NCBI GenBank assembly: GCA_036399155.1 | Contig: DASWNR010000065.1 | Location: forward strand, 1-61,407 | DNA: 61,407 nucleotides | Direction: 5' to 3' | From: Pyrinomonadaceae bacterium | GTDB lineage: Bacteria > Acidobacteriota > Blastocatellia > Pyrinomonadales > Pyrinomonadaceae | Shown: piece by piece, positions 10,388-23,440 of the stretch | How positions within the stretch are numbered: position 1 is the first letter of the stretch | How the letters are laid out: each line of letters begins with the position of its first letter | Made by a program: the position numbers and the translations under genes | Notes under the pieces: generated by a model | What the model saw: the letters and a program-made list of their open reading frames with translations, nothing else | Database searches by the model: none | Told to the model about the DNA's origin: nothing

Positions 10388-12127
10388 TCAAGACTCTTCG
10401 AGTTTCGCCTCGCGCGCGCGCCCCTCGTCGCGCGGGTCGGGCGGGCGCGAGGTGACGGGGCCGCCGGCGGCTTCGGGCGGGCGGCGCTTGTAGCGGTGCG
10501 TGACGGGGCGGCGGCGGCCGATGCCGATGGCGTTGCGCGAGATGATGAGCGTCGGCGGGAGCTGTCGCCTCTTGAACTCGTTGGCGGGCGACTCGACGCG
10601 GTTGAGGATGTCGTAGACGAGCGCGCGTTCGTGCCCCTCGGCGACGATCTCCTCGGGCGTCGCCTTGCGCTCGAAGTAGAGCCGGAGGATCGGGTCGAGC
10701 GTGTCGTAGGGCGGCAGAGACTGGTCGTCGAACTGGTCGGGCGCGAGTTCGGCCGAGGGGCGCTTGTCGATGATGGCCCACGGAATCAGTTCGCCGTCGC
10801 GGTTGATGTGGCGCGCGAGCGCGTAGACCTCGGTCTTGAGCACGTCGCCGATGACGGCGAGCCCGCCGTTCGTGTCGCCGTAGAGCGTGCAGTAGCCGAG
10901 CGCCAGCTCGGACTTGTTCCCCGTCGAGAGGAGGAGTCGCCCCTCCGCGTTCGAGACGGTCATCAGGATGTTGCCGCGCAGACGCGACTGTAGATTCTCG
11001 GCCGCCAGACTTTCGCCGCCGCGCGAGGGCTTCGTCAAACCCATCTCCCTCGTCAGCACCTCGAAGGCCGACGTGATGGGGCGTTCGACGACGGGCATCC
11101 CGTAGTTGCGGCCGAAGGCGATTGAATCCTCGACGCTCCCGCGCGATGAGAAGGGCGAAGGCATCATCACGCCGAGCACGTTCTCCGCGCCGATGGCCTC
11201 GCACGCGAGCGCCGCGACGACCGCCGAGTCGATGCCGCCCGACAGCCCGAGCACCGCGCGCCTGAAGCCGTTCTTGCGCGCGTAGTCGCGTATGCCTAAG
11301 ACGAGCGCGCCGCGCACGGTCTCCACGTCGTCGCCGGGGAGGCACGCCTCGTCGCGCACGCCGCAGTCGAGCGAGACCGTCCCGACGAACTCCTCGAAGG
11401 GCGGCGCCTGCAAGATGGTCTCGCCCCGACAGTCCGTGACGAGCGAGGCGCCGTCGAAGATGATGCCGTCGTTGCCGCCGACGAGGTTGACGTAGACCAC
11501 GGGCAGCCCCGAAGCCTTCGAGCGGTGCGAGACCATCGAGCAGCGCTGCGCCATCTTCGCCTTGTTGAAGGGCGACGCGTTGGGCGAGACGATGACCTTC
11601 GCGCCCATCTCGATCACCTCGTCGGTCGGGTCGTGCGCGTAGAGCCGCTCGCGCCAGAACGTCTTGTCGTTCCAGAAGTCCTCGCAGACGACGACCCCGA
11701 GCGGCCCGCCGGCCACGTCGAAGAGGCGGCGGCGCTCGGAGGACTCGAAGTAGCGCGGGTCGTCGAAAACGTCGTACTCGGGGAGCAGCGTCTTGTCGGC
11801 GAAGCCCAACAGCTCGCCGTCGCGGATGACGGCCGCCGAGTTGAAGAGCTTTCGCCCGTGCGTCGCGCCCGTCGGACGCACGGTGCCGACGACGGCCGTC
11901 AGCCCCTTCGTCGCCGGGATGATTTTCTCAAGCGGCTTCAGCGCCGACTCCGCGATGTCGCGGTCGAGGAACCAGTCGAGCGACGTGTAGCCCTGCAAGC
12001 ACGCCTCCGGGAAGACGATCAGGTCCGACCTCTCGGCCCTCGCCTGCTCGATGGCGCGCAGAATCCTTTCGGCGTTCCCCTCGTAGTCGCCGTTCGTCGT
12101 GTTGATCTGCCCGATGGTGACGCGCAT
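10388..12127 (-). CDS. nadE: glutamine-dependent NAD+ synthetase
   Basis: N-terminal CN-hydrolase domain (MRVTIGQINTT..., VVCEDFW) is fused to an NAD synthase domain with PP-loop GLSGGIDSAV. Its 579 aa is typical of the glutamine-dependent form. Confidence 0.9.
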   Translation of the reverse strand: MRVTIGQINTTNGDYEGNAERILRAIEQARAERSDLIVFPEACLQGYTSLDWFLDRDIAESALKPLEKIIPATKGLTAVVGTVRPTGATHGRKLFNSAAVIRDGELLGFADKTLLPEYDVFDDPRYFESSERRRLFDVAGGPLGVVVCEDFWNDKTFWRERLYAHDPTDEVIEMGAKVIVSPNASPFNKAKMAQRCSMVSHRSKASGLPVVYVNLVGGNDGIIFDGASLVTDCRGETILQAPPFEEFVGTVSLDCGVRDEACLPGDDVETVRGALVLGIRDYARKNGFRRAVLGLSGGIDSAVVAALACEAIGAENVLGVMMPSPFSSRGSVEDSIAFGRNYGMPVVERPITSAFEVLTREMGLTKPSRGGESLAAENLQSRLRGNILMTVSNAEGRLLLSTGNKSELALGYCTLYGDTNGGLAVIGDVLKTEVYALARHINRDGELIPWAIIDKRPSAELAPDQFDDQSLPPYDTLDPILRLYFERKATPEEIVAEGHERALVYDILNRVESPANEFKRRQLPPTLIISRNAIGIGRRRPVTHRYKRRPPEAAGGPVTSRPPDPRDEGRAREAKLEES

Positions 12128-12180
12128 TCGGCCCCCGCCTCCGGTGTGCCCCCTGAAAGCCCTTTCCGGCCCTCGCGGCC

Positions 12181-13125
12181 TCAGCCCACGAGCCGCACGT
12201 CGAGCCCTTCCAAACTCCCCGGGGCGATCTGAATATCAATGTCCGTGACTGCGCCAAGCATACCGCTTTCGCGCAAGGATGTCTCCGCGCGCGCCGGGGA
12301 GGTGACTTTGAGGACGAGCCTCTGGACGGAGTCTGTGCCGGCGCGGACGAGCCGGAGCGCGGGGCCGTCCTCTATCTCCCAGACGCCCTCGGCCCGCTCG
12401 GCGGCCGGCGCGTAGAGCCTGCGCCAGAGTTCGCGCGCCGCGTCGAAGTCACGGACTCCCGCGACGACCTCCTTCACGGACTCGACGCCGAGCGCGCCGC
12501 CGCCCCGTTCGCGCAGGCGCTCGCGGTCGGCCGCGCGCTTCTCGCCGTGGTCGCGGAACTCGTCCCAGAAGGGGCGGACGCCGAAGTTCTCGTAGTAGAA
12601 CTCGCAGAGGAAGACGACGTTGCGCTCGAAGAGCTTCGCGATCTGCCAGCGGTCGAGCGCGCTGCCCGAGCCCGCGTCGGACAGGCGCGTCGCGCCCGGC
12701 AGGCGGCTCAGCGCGACGGTCAGGTCGAGCAGAAAATCTTTGCCGAGCATGCGGCCGAGGACGGCGTTGGCCCGGATTTTCGTCTTCCCGCCGTCGGCGC
12801 CCTGCTCGACGTAGGACACCACGGGCGTGTGCGGCAGCCTTCTTCTCGAAAGCTCGCGCGCGGCCTCGTCGATTCCGGGCGACTCGAAGGCGACGGCGCA
12901 GAAGCGCCCGCGGCCGTCGGCGCTGCGGCGCGGCCCGCACTGCATCACCTCCAGGTAGAGGTTGCCGAGCGCGACGCCGCCGCTCTGGAACGCCGGGTAA
13001 GAAGCGAGCGGCCACGCGACGGGCAGACCCAGCGTCCCGGTGAGCAGGTCGAACAGACGGCGCGGCTCGTCCACCAGCGCGACGACGTGGTCGAGTTGTT
13101 TGACGACGGGTCGCGACGTGTCCAT
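12181..13125 (-). CDS. glyoxalase-like (VOC superfamily) domain protein
   Basis: LDHVVALVDEP..LGLPVAWPL...GGVALGNLYLEV resembles the Glyoxalase-like domain. ATG 13125 (MDTSRP) is preceded by GAAGGGAGAG, so the GTG at 13140 was rejected. Confidence 0.6.
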   Translation of the reverse strand: MDTSRPVVKQLDHVVALVDEPRRLFDLLTGTLGLPVAWPLASYPAFQSGGVALGNLYLEVMQCGPRRSADGRGRFCAVAFESPGIDEAARELSRRRLPHTPVVSYVEQGADGGKTKIRANAVLGRMLGKDFLLDLTVALSRLPGATRLSDAGSGSALDRWQIAKLFERNVVFLCEFYYENFGVRPFWDEFRDHGEKRAADRERLRERGGGALGVESVKEVVAGVRDFDAARELWRRLYAPAAERAEGVWEIEDGPALRLVRAGTDSVQRLVLKVTSPARAETSLRESGMLGAVTDIDIQIAPGSLEGLDVRLVG

Positions 13126-13140
13126 GCGCTCTCCCTTCAC

Positions 13141-13252
13141 GTCAGTAGAGAGTAGTCAGTAGAAAAACCTTCTCTGTCGAATTGTCAGCAGTTCATTCTC
13201 AACGCCCGCGACGCGGGGCGCTACTGTCTACCGACTACTGTCTGCTATCTAC
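13141..13252. repeat. nested palindromic intergenic element, GTAGWCR-heptamer arms (copy C)
   Basis: GTCAGTAGAGAGTAGTCAGTAG ... CTACTGTCTACCGACTACTGTCTGCTATCTAC. The core is homologous to copy D in inverted orientation. The hyuB stop codon (13249-13251) lies inside the right arm. Confidence 0.85.
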
Positions 13253-14835
13253 TCCTTCCCGTGTCCGCCGCCGCCGGGTGTCTCGATGCGGACGCGGTCG
13301 CCGGGGCGCAGGTCGCGCGAGCCTTTGGCGTCGAGTTTAGAAGCGCGGCCGTCGCGCACGACGCGGTCGCGGCCGGGCTTGCCTTTGCCCCCGCCCGCGA
13401 GTCCGTAGGGCGCGCGCGCGCGCCGGTCGGCGAGCAGCGACATGCGCGCAGGGACGAGCGTCTCTATCTCGCGCACGACGCCGTCGCCGCCGCGCCTTGC
13501 CCCCCGCCCGCCCGAGCCGCGCCGCAGGGAGTAGGCGCGCACGCGCAAGGGGTACGCGTACTCAAGCGCCTCGGCCGGCGTGTTCAGGCTGTTGGTCATG
13601 TGCGTGTGGACGCCGCTCACGCCGTCTAGGCCGGGGCGCGCGCCCATGCCGCCCGCGACCGTCTCGTAGTAGGCGAACTCGCGCCCCGTGCGCGGGTCCG
13701 TGCCGCCGATGGTCAGGTTGTTCATCGAGCCCTGGCTCGCCGCAGGGACGCGCCCGGGCAGGGCTTTCGAGAGGGCCTTGAAGAGCACGTCCACGATGCG
13801 CTGCGAGGTCTCGACGTTCCCGCCCGCGACGGGCGCGGGGTGCGCGGCGTTGACGATTGTGCCCGCCGGCGCGTTGACCTCGATGGGCTCCATCAGACCC
13901 GCCGACGCCGGCACCTCCTCCGCGCCGACCAGACAGCGGAAGACGTACGCGACGGCCGAGACCGTTATCGCCTCGACGGCGTTGACGGGCCCCGAGACCT
14001 GCGGCGCACTTCCGCTGAAGTCCACGCGCGCGCGCTCGCCGCGCACCTCGACGCTGACGCGCAGGGCGACTTCGCCGGCCGCGACGCCGTCCGAGTCGAG
14101 CGCGTCTTCGGCCTCGTAGACGCCGTCGGGTATGGCGCGCACCGTCGCGCGCATCATGCGCGCGGAGTAGTCGATGAGGTGGCGCGCGTACTCGGCCGCC
14201 TCGCGCGCGCCGGCGCGCGCGACTATCTCCGACAGCCGCGCCGCGCCGGTCTTGAGCGAGCCGACCTGCGCCTCGAAGTCCGCGCGGCGCTCGCGCTCGA
14301 CGCGCACGTTGGCCATCAGCAGGCGCATCACGTCCCCGCCCACGCGCCCGCCGACGACCAGCTTCACCGGCGGAATCCTCAACCCCTCGCCGTACACGTC
14401 AGTCGCCATCCCCATAGACCCCGGCGTCGCGCCGCCGATGTCCGCGTGGTGAGCGCGGTTCGCGACGTAGAAAGCAGCCCTCCGCCCCGACTCGTCGAGG
14501 AAGACGCCCGAGACGAGCGTCACGTCCGGCAGGTGCGTGCCGCCTGCGAAGGGGTCGTTGAGGACGACCACATCGCCGGGGCCGACGGTCGTCTCGCGGA
14601 GAGCGGCGGCGACGGCCATGGGCATGCTTCCCAGGTGGACGGGCATGTGGTCGCCCTGCGCGATGACAGAGCCCGCGGCGTCGAAGACCGCGCACGAGTA
14701 GTCGCGCCGCTCCTTGATGTTCGGCGAGTGCGCCGTGCGCCTGAGCGTCAGCCCCATCTCCTCGGCGACCGACGTGTAGAGCGCGCGGTAGATTTCCAGC
14801 GTGGTCGGGTCGAAGCCCGTGCCCCTCTTTTTCAT
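13249..14835 (-). CDS. hyuB: hydantoinase B/oxoprolinase family protein
   Basis: MKKRGTGFDPTTLEIYRALYTSVAEEMG...RSPNIKERRDYSCAVFD...GDHMPVHLGSMP is the classic HyuB N-terminus. The start ATG 14835 overlaps the hyuA stop (ATGA). The 123 upstream codons of the ORF track were rejected. Confidence 0.9.
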   Translation of the reverse strand: MKKRGTGFDPTTLEIYRALYTSVAEEMGLTLRRTAHSPNIKERRDYSCAVFDAAGSVIAQGDHMPVHLGSMPMAVAAALRETTVGPGDVVVLNDPFAGGTHLPDVTLVSGVFLDESGRRAAFYVANRAHHADIGGATPGSMGMATDVYGEGLRIPPVKLVVGGRVGGDVMRLLMANVRVERERRADFEAQVGSLKTGAARLSEIVARAGAREAAEYARHLIDYSARMMRATVRAIPDGVYEAEDALDSDGVAAGEVALRVSVEVRGERARVDFSGSAPQVSGPVNAVEAITVSAVAYVFRCLVGAEEVPASAGLMEPIEVNAPAGTIVNAAHPAPVAGGNVETSQRIVDVLFKALSKALPGRVPAASQGSMNNLTIGGTDPRTGREFAYYETVAGGMGARPGLDGVSGVHTHMTNSLNTPAEALEYAYPLRVRAYSLRRGSGGRGARRGGDGVVREIETLVPARMSLLADRRARAPYGLAGGGKGKPGRDRVVRDGRASKLDAKGSRDLRPGDRVRIETPGGGGHGKE

Positions 14836-16913
14836 AACTCGATGACGAGATTGCCGCCCGCGTCCGTCGAGGCGCGCGCGCCGGCGGGGACGAGCGTCGT
14901 CGCGGAATACTCCGTGACGACGCACGGCACCCGCAGCCGCGCGCCCGCGCGCAACTCCTCGCGGCGGTAGACGGCCGCCGCGCCCGCGCGCTCGTCGAAG
15001 TGGACGCGCGCCACGCCGTGCGGCTCGGTGAAGTCGCGCGCGGCCGGCGTCCGTCGCGGCCTCTTCTCCTTCAACTCTTCGACGAGCCCGGCCGAGAGCA
15101 GGCGCGCGCTCACGACCTCGACCGAGCCCGCGGTCTGCGCGTAGCCGTAGCGCGCCTCGTGCTCGCGGTGGAAACGTTCGACCAGACGGCCGCCGCCGTC
15201 CCACGCGACCTCAAGCTCGAAGGACTGACCCTTGTAGCGCGCCGCGACCGTGCGCGTGTGCCTCTGCCGCGCGTCGTCGAAGCCCTCGCGCCGGAGAGCG
15301 GCGCGCGCCTCGCGCTCCATCTCCCGGAACGCCCGCTCGACCCGCGCGACGGCCTTCGTGCCCGAGCCGGCGGTCGCGTCGCTCCCGACTTCGAGCCCGC
15401 CGACTTCGAGCATGAGAGTGCGGCTGAGGCTCTTGACCACGTCGGCGCGCAGACAGCCCAGCGCCGAGAGCGCGCCGGGCTGGCGGGGCACGACGACGCG
15501 CGGCACGCGCAAGTTCCGCGCAAGCTCGACCGCGTGCAACCCGCCCGCGCCGCCGAACGTGACGAGCGTGCACCCGCGCGGGTCGAAGCCGCGCTCGACC
15601 GAGACGGCGCGCAGCGCCCTCTCCATCCCCGCGTTGACGACGCGCACGACCCCGAGCGCCGCCTCGACCGCGGACACCTCGCGCCCGCCCGCCTCGCCCA
15701 TCTCGCGCGCGAGCGACGCCAGCGCCTCGACGGCGCGCGCTTCGTCCAGCTTGAAATCGCCGCCCAGCAAGTCCGCGCCGCCGAACCTGCCGAGCACGAG
15801 GTTGGCGTCCGTCACCGTCGCCGCCGTCGGAAGCGTCGAGCGGCCGTAGCACGCGGGCCCCGGCACGGCGCCCGCCGACTGCGGCCCGACGCGCAAGGAG
15901 CCGCCCGCGTCCACGCGCGCGATGGAGCCGCCGCCCGCGCCGACGGTGTGTATGTCGAGCACGGGCACGGCGACGGGGAGCCCCGCCACGCTCGCCTCGT
16001 TCGTCAGGCGCGGCCGGTTGCCCGGGCACAGCGCCACGTCGGTCGAGGTGCCGCCCATGTCGAACGTGATGAGGTCTGTGAAACCCGCCTCGGCGGCGGC
16101 GCGCGTCGCGCCGACCACGCCGCCCGCCGGCCCCGAGAGTATCGTCCGCACGGGCTCCGACGCGGCCGCGCGCGCCGAGATGCTCCCGCCCGAAGACTGC
16201 ATCACGCGCAGGTGCCGCGCGGGGACGTGCGCGCCGAGCCGCCCGAGGTACGCGCCCATCAAAGGTTGCAGGTAGGCGTTGATGCACACGGTCGAGGTGC
16301 GCTCGAACTCCCTGTACTCGGGGAGGATTCTGTGGGAGACCGAGAGCGGCACGCCTTCGAGTCCGGCCTTGAGCGCGCGCTCGATTTTCCGCTCGTGCCC
16401 GGGGGCCGCGAATGAGAAGAGCAGGCAGACGGCGATTGACTCGACGCCCGCGCGCTTGAGCTTTCTGACGAGGGCGGCGACCTCTTCGTCTTCAAGCTCT
16501 TCGACGACCGAGCCGTCGGCGGCCACGCGCTCGCGCACGCCGAAGCGAAGCCCGTCGGCGACGAGCGGCGCGGGGCGCGTCCAGTCGAGGTCGTACAGGC
16601 TGCCGCGCGCCTGCCGCCCGATGACGAGCACGTCCTCGAACCCCTTCGTCGTGACGAGCGCCGCGCGCGCGCCCTTGCGTTCGAGCAAAGCGTTGGTGCC
16701 GACGGTCGTCCCGTGGACGACTTCGAGGTCGCGCAGGCGCACGCCCGCCTCGCGCGCCACACGCCGCAACCCTTCGGCGATGGCGCGCGAAGGGTCGTCC
16801 GGCGTCGAGGCCACCTTGAAGACGCGCGCGCGCCCCGACGCGTGATAGACGAAGTCGGTGAACGTCCCGCCCGTGTCCACGCCCACGCGCACCCTCATTC
16901 GTTCGTCACCCAT
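14832..16913 (-). CDS. hyuA: hydantoinase A/oxoprolinase family protein
   Basis: VGVDTGGTFTDFV ... VHGTTVGTNALLERKG ... ITFDMGGTSTDV motifs. The start is either ATG 16913 (MGDERM) or ATG 16898 (MRVRVG). Confidence 0.9.
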   Translation of the reverse strand: MGDERMRVRVGVDTGGTFTDFVYHASGRARVFKVASTPDDPSRAIAEGLRRVAREAGVRLRDLEVVHGTTVGTNALLERKGARAALVTTKGFEDVLVIGRQARGSLYDLDWTRPAPLVADGLRFGVRERVAADGSVVEELEDEEVAALVRKLKRAGVESIAVCLLFSFAAPGHERKIERALKAGLEGVPLSVSHRILPEYREFERTSTVCINAYLQPLMGAYLGRLGAHVPARHLRVMQSSGGSISARAAASEPVRTILSGPAGGVVGATRAAAEAGFTDLITFDMGGTSTDVALCPGNRPRLTNEASVAGLPVAVPVLDIHTVGAGGGSIARVDAGGSLRVGPQSAGAVPGPACYGRSTLPTAATVTDANLVLGRFGGADLLGGDFKLDEARAVEALASLAREMGEAGGREVSAVEAALGVVRVVNAGMERALRAVSVERGFDPRGCTLVTFGGAGGLHAVELARNLRVPRVVVPRQPGALSALGCLRADVVKSLSRTLMLEVGGLEVGSDATAGSGTKAVARVERAFREMEREARAALRREGFDDARQRHTRTVAARYKGQSFELEVAWDGGGRLVERFHREHEARYGYAQTAGSVEVVSARLLSAGLVEELKEKRPRRTPAARDFTEPHGVARVHFDERAGAAAVYRREELRAGARLRVPCVVTEYSATTLVPAGARASTDAGGNLVIEL

Positions 16914-16926
16914 CACTCTTCCAACC

Positions 16927-17382
16927 TCACCCCCGGCCGGCACCGCCCGGGGCCCACGCGCCGATGAACTGCCGGAGCGCGACTATCTTGCCGAGGTGGT
17001 AGGAGGTGTGGACGGCGAGGCTGCGGAGCACGTCCTCCATTGTGTTGCCGCGTTCGGTCTCGTGTGCCAGCCGCTCGGGCGACGCGGCCCACCACAGAGC
17101 CTTCTCGACGCCGGCCACGAACTCTGCGACGAGCGCGTCCCACTCGTCCCGGCTCGCGGGCGGCGCGGGCGGGTAGACGCGCCCCGCCTGCCACTCGGCG
17201 TACAGCGCCCCGTCGCGGTTGACGATGATTGACTGCCAGCGGCTCGCGTGCCAAAGCTCTTCGTAGATGGTGTGCGACTGCGCGGAAGGCCGGCTCGTCA
17301 CCTGTTCGAGCGTCAGCCCCGCGAGTATCTCATCGCGCCGCGCGAACTCGCCGTCCCTGAAAAGGTGCTCCCACTTGCCCAA
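16927..17382 (-). CDS. DinB-family protein
   Basis: 151 aa with four-helix DinB-like His positions (..HTIYEELWHASRW.., ..VHTSYHLGKI). The TTG start at 17382 lies 9 nt after GGGAGG. Confidence 0.7.
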   Translation of the reverse strand: MGKWEHLFRDGEFARRDEILAGLTLEQVTSRPSAQSHTIYEELWHASRWQSIIVNRDGALYAEWQAGRVYPPAPPASRDEWDALVAEFVAGVEKALWWAASPERLAHETERGNTMEDVLRSLAVHTSYHLGKIVALRQFIGAWAPGGAGRG

Positions 17383-17418
17383 AAAGCTTTGCCTCCCGGT
17401 GAACCGTCGGTCGAAGTG

Positions 17419-18585
17419 TCAGCGCGGCAGCGTCTCGGAGAGAAGACGGAAGACGTTGCCGCCCATGACCGCGCGCACCTCCTCGTCGGTGAAGCCCTCG
17501 GCGAGCAGCGCGTCGGTTATCTCGGCGACGCCCGTCGCGTCGAAGGGCGTCGTCACCGTCCCGTCGAAGTCCGAGCCGAGCGCGACGTGCCGGACGCCGA
17601 CGACGCCCGCCGCGTGGCGTACGGCGCGCGCCACGGCCGCCGCGTCCGTCCCGCACGTCGCCGCCTCCCAGTAGCCGATGCCGACGACGCCGCCCGTCGC
17701 CGCCACCTTCCTCAACTGCGCGTCGCTCAGGTTACGGTTGTTGTCGCACGTGCCCTTGACGCCCGTGTGCGAGACGACTACGGGTCTGGTCGAGACGGCG
17801 GCCACGTCGTCGAACGTCTGTTCGGAGGCGTGCGCGAGGTCTACTAACATCCCGCGCGCCTCCATCCGCCTGACCATCTCGCGCCCGCGCTCGGTCAGCC
17901 TCGTCTTCCGCTCGCCGTGCGCCGAGCCGCCCCACTCGTTGTCGAGGAAGTGCGTCGGCGCCATCATGCGAAAGCCCGCGTCGAAGAGCGCGTCCACTCT
18001 GCCCGCGTCGCCTTCGAGCGGGTACGCGCCCTCAAGTCCGAGCAAAGCCGCGACCGCCGGCGGGTCGCCCCGGCGGCGCTCGGCGAAGCCCGCCAACTCC
18101 CCCGCCGTGCGTATGACCGTGAGCCGCCCGCCCGAGCGCGCCGCCGCGTCGTGGAGCTTGCGCGACTGGTGGAGCGCGCGCTCAAGCAGGCTGTGCCACG
18201 TCCGCACCGGCCAGCGCTCCGCGACCGCGAGCGCCGTCACCGCGTTCGGCCCCTCGGCGTTGCTCTCGTAGTTCGAGAAGAAGGGCGTCTTAGTGACGAC
18301 CGTAAAGAACTGTAGCGCGACGCCGCCCTCCGCGAGGCGAGGCACGTCCACGTGTCCGCGCGACGAGCGCGCCAGCACGTCCCTGTCCCACAGAAGCGTG
18401 TCGGCGTGCATGTCGGCGACGAAGAGCGAACGGTGCAGCGCGAGCGCGCGCTCCGACGCGCGGCGCGGCCCGCGCGCGTGCGTCCCGTTGAGCGCCCACT
18501 CGGCCAACGCCGCCCCGACCGAAAAGAACGCCGCGGCAGCCACCACGAGGAGCAGCAGCAGGACGAGGGGGAGCTTTCTTTTCAT
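17419..18585 (-). CDS. membrane dipeptidase (peptidase M19)
   Basis: Signal anchor MKRKLPLVLLLLLVVAAAAFF. M19 motifs FVADMHADTLLW, VDVPRLAEGGVALQFF, VVVSHTGVKG, LGSDFDG. The start ATG 18585 overlaps the upstream stop by 1 nt (TGATG). The 256 upstream Arg-rich codons in the ORF track were rejected. Confidence 0.85.
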   Translation of the reverse strand: MKRKLPLVLLLLLVVAAAAFFSVGAALAEWALNGTHARGPRRASERALALHRSLFVADMHADTLLWDRDVLARSSRGHVDVPRLAEGGVALQFFTVVTKTPFFSNYESNAEGPNAVTALAVAERWPVRTWHSLLERALHQSRKLHDAAARSGGRLTVIRTAGELAGFAERRRGDPPAVAALLGLEGAYPLEGDAGRVDALFDAGFRMMAPTHFLDNEWGGSAHGERKTRLTERGREMVRRMEARGMLVDLAHASEQTFDDVAAVSTRPVVVSHTGVKGTCDNNRNLSDAQLRKVAATGGVVGIGYWEAATCGTDAAAVARAVRHAAGVVGVRHVALGSDFDGTVTTPFDATGVAEITDALLAEGFTDEEVRAVMGGNVFRLLSETLPR

Positions 18586-19685
18586 CAACCGCCCACGGCG
18601 ACGCGGCAGCCCGAGGCGTGTGCGGCGCGCGCGGCGTCGAGGACGAGCTGGATTTGGTGGCCGTCGTCGAAGGTCGCCGCGCCTTCGACGTTCGCGCGCC
18701 CCTCGCGGAGCGCCGCGACGATCTCGCGCGCGAAGACCGTGAAGCCGCGCGACCACTCGTTGTCGCGCATCCCCTCGGCGAGCGGGGCTTCGTCCGCCTC
18801 GACCGGCTGCCAATCGCCGTCGCCGACTCGCGAGAGAGAGAGCCGGCCCGCGGCGTCGAGCCGGAGCGCGCCGTCCGTGCCGAAGACCTCGACCGTGTGC
18901 TCGGGGCGGCCCGCCTCGGCCATCGAGATTGAGACGACGCCCGTCGCGCGCTCGGCCGCGCCGCCGTCCTCGAAGTTGACGAGCAGGCTCGCCTCGTCGT
19001 CGCTCGTCACGGGGCGCGGGTCGCCGCCCGTCGGCTCGTGCGGCCGCTCGCGGACGTGCGTGGCGAGCGCGGCCGAGACGTGCGAGACGCGCGTGCCGAG
19101 CAGCCAGTGGAGCGCGTCGATTGCGTGCGACCCGATGGCCCCGAGCGCGCCGCCGCCCGCGCGCTCGTCCGACCACCAGTTCCAGGGCCGGTCGGCGTAG
19201 GCGCGCGAGTCCGCGCGGAACAAAAACTTCGCGTGGCGCACGCGCCCAAGCCCGCCGCCTAAGATAATCTCGCGCATCAGGCGGCGCGCGGGCAGGAAGC
19301 GCAGCTCGTGGTCGAGGAGCGCAAGGCGGCCGGCCGAGCGCGCCGCCTCGCACATCCGCGCCGTCTCCTCCGCTTTCATCGCCATCGGCTTCTCGCAGAG
19401 CACGGCCTTGCCGGCTTCGAGCGCGCCGGCGGCCATCTCGGCGTGCGTGTCGGGCGGCGTCACGATGCTGACGAGGTCAACGTCTTCGCGCCCGATTACC
19501 CCGCGCCAGTCGTCCGCGACGAAGGGGATGTCGAACTCCTTCGCCGCGCGCTCGGCGTTCTCACGACGCGCGCTCGTCACAGCCACGACGCGCGCGCCCT
19601 CGCACGCGGCCCAACCCGGCAACTGCGTCGTCCGCGCGAACCCCGTCCCGATGATGCCGACGCCTATCACGTCACTACGAGCCAA
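18585..19685 (-). CDS. Gfo/Idh/MocA-family oxidoreductase
   Basis: Rossmann N-terminus IGVGIIGTGFARTTQLPGW...VVAVTS and EKPMA motif. Preferred start is TTG 19685, 8 nt after AGGGAGGG. The ORF-track ATG 19763 would run through a terminator. Confidence 0.8.
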   Translation of the reverse strand: MARSDVIGVGIIGTGFARTTQLPGWAACEGARVVAVTSARRENAERAAKEFDIPFVADDWRGVIGREDVDLVSIVTPPDTHAEMAAGALEAGKAVLCEKPMAMKAEETARMCEAARSAGRLALLDHELRFLPARRLMREIILGGGLGRVRHAKFLFRADSRAYADRPWNWWSDERAGGGALGAIGSHAIDALHWLLGTRVSHVSAALATHVRERPHEPTGGDPRPVTSDDEASLLVNFEDGGAAERATGVVSISMAEAGRPEHTVEVFGTDGALRLDAAGRLSLSRVGDGDWQPVEADEAPLAEGMRDNEWSRGFTVFAREIVAALREGRANVEGAATFDDGHQIQLVLDAARAAHASGCRVAVGG

Positions 19686-19706
19686 GAGACTTCCCTCCCT
19701 GTCAGA

Positions 19707-19749
19707 CGAAAAATTTCCGTCGGAAAATTTCCGGCGGAAAAAAATTTCG
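19707..19749. promoter_or_regulatory. three 14-bp-spaced GGAAA(A)TTTCC dyads (candidate operator or UP-like A/T block)
   Basis: cGAAAAATTTCCgt cGGAAAATTTCCgg cGGAAAAAAATTTCgg start at 19708, 19722 and 19736. This is an isolated A/T island immediately upstream of the oxidoreductase-dipeptidase-DinB-hyuAB gene string. The third copy doubles as the U-tract of the tricorn-gene terminator. Confidence 0.4.
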
Positions 19750-19784
19750 GGCGCGGGGCACATTGCTGTCGCGCCCCGCGCCCG
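19738..19784 (-). terminator. intrinsic terminator of the tricorn-like protease gene
   Basis: Minus strand reads GGGCGCGGGGC-gcgacagcaatgt-GCCCCGCGCCC followed by GAAATTTTTTTCC, 15 nt after the stop at 19799. Confidence 0.75.
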
Positions 19785-19798
19785 TCGAAGCCGGGACG

Positions 19799-23206
<3,408 letters not shown>

Positions 23207-23352
23207 CTGGGGTTCTTTCTTGAGTAAAGAAGTCGGCCGACCGGGCCGGGAGCGGGCCGCCCCCGCGCTACGGGCGGCGGCCCCTTCGCGTTCGCATGCG
23301 CCACGCTTTACGCGCGCCGCGAACCGAGGGTTTCAATGACGTTGTTGACGAA

Positions 23353-23387
23353 GAAGGGCGAGCCGCGCCCAGCGCCGCCCGCCCTTC
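23353..23387 (-). terminator. possible terminator hairpin downstream of the split tRNA
   Basis: Minus strand reads GAAGGGCG-N19-CGCCCTTC followed by TTCGTC. The T-tract is weak, so this is tentative. Confidence 0.35.
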
Positions 23388-23440
23388 TGCTAGTTGTGAA
23401 TGCCCTCGCCCCGACTCGAACGGGGAACCAACGGATTATG

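Noticed and set aside
17419-19353. N-terminal over-extensions in the ORF track: dipeptidase to 19353, hyuB to 15204, phosphatase to 39738, MoxR from 48587, ACAD from 53349, ExbD from 9513, and M61 to 34078.
   Set aside because: The extensions are Arg-rich junk that overlaps the upstream gene. Internal ATG or TTG starts with Shine-Dalgarno motifs, signal peptides or ATGA coupling give proteins of canonical length.
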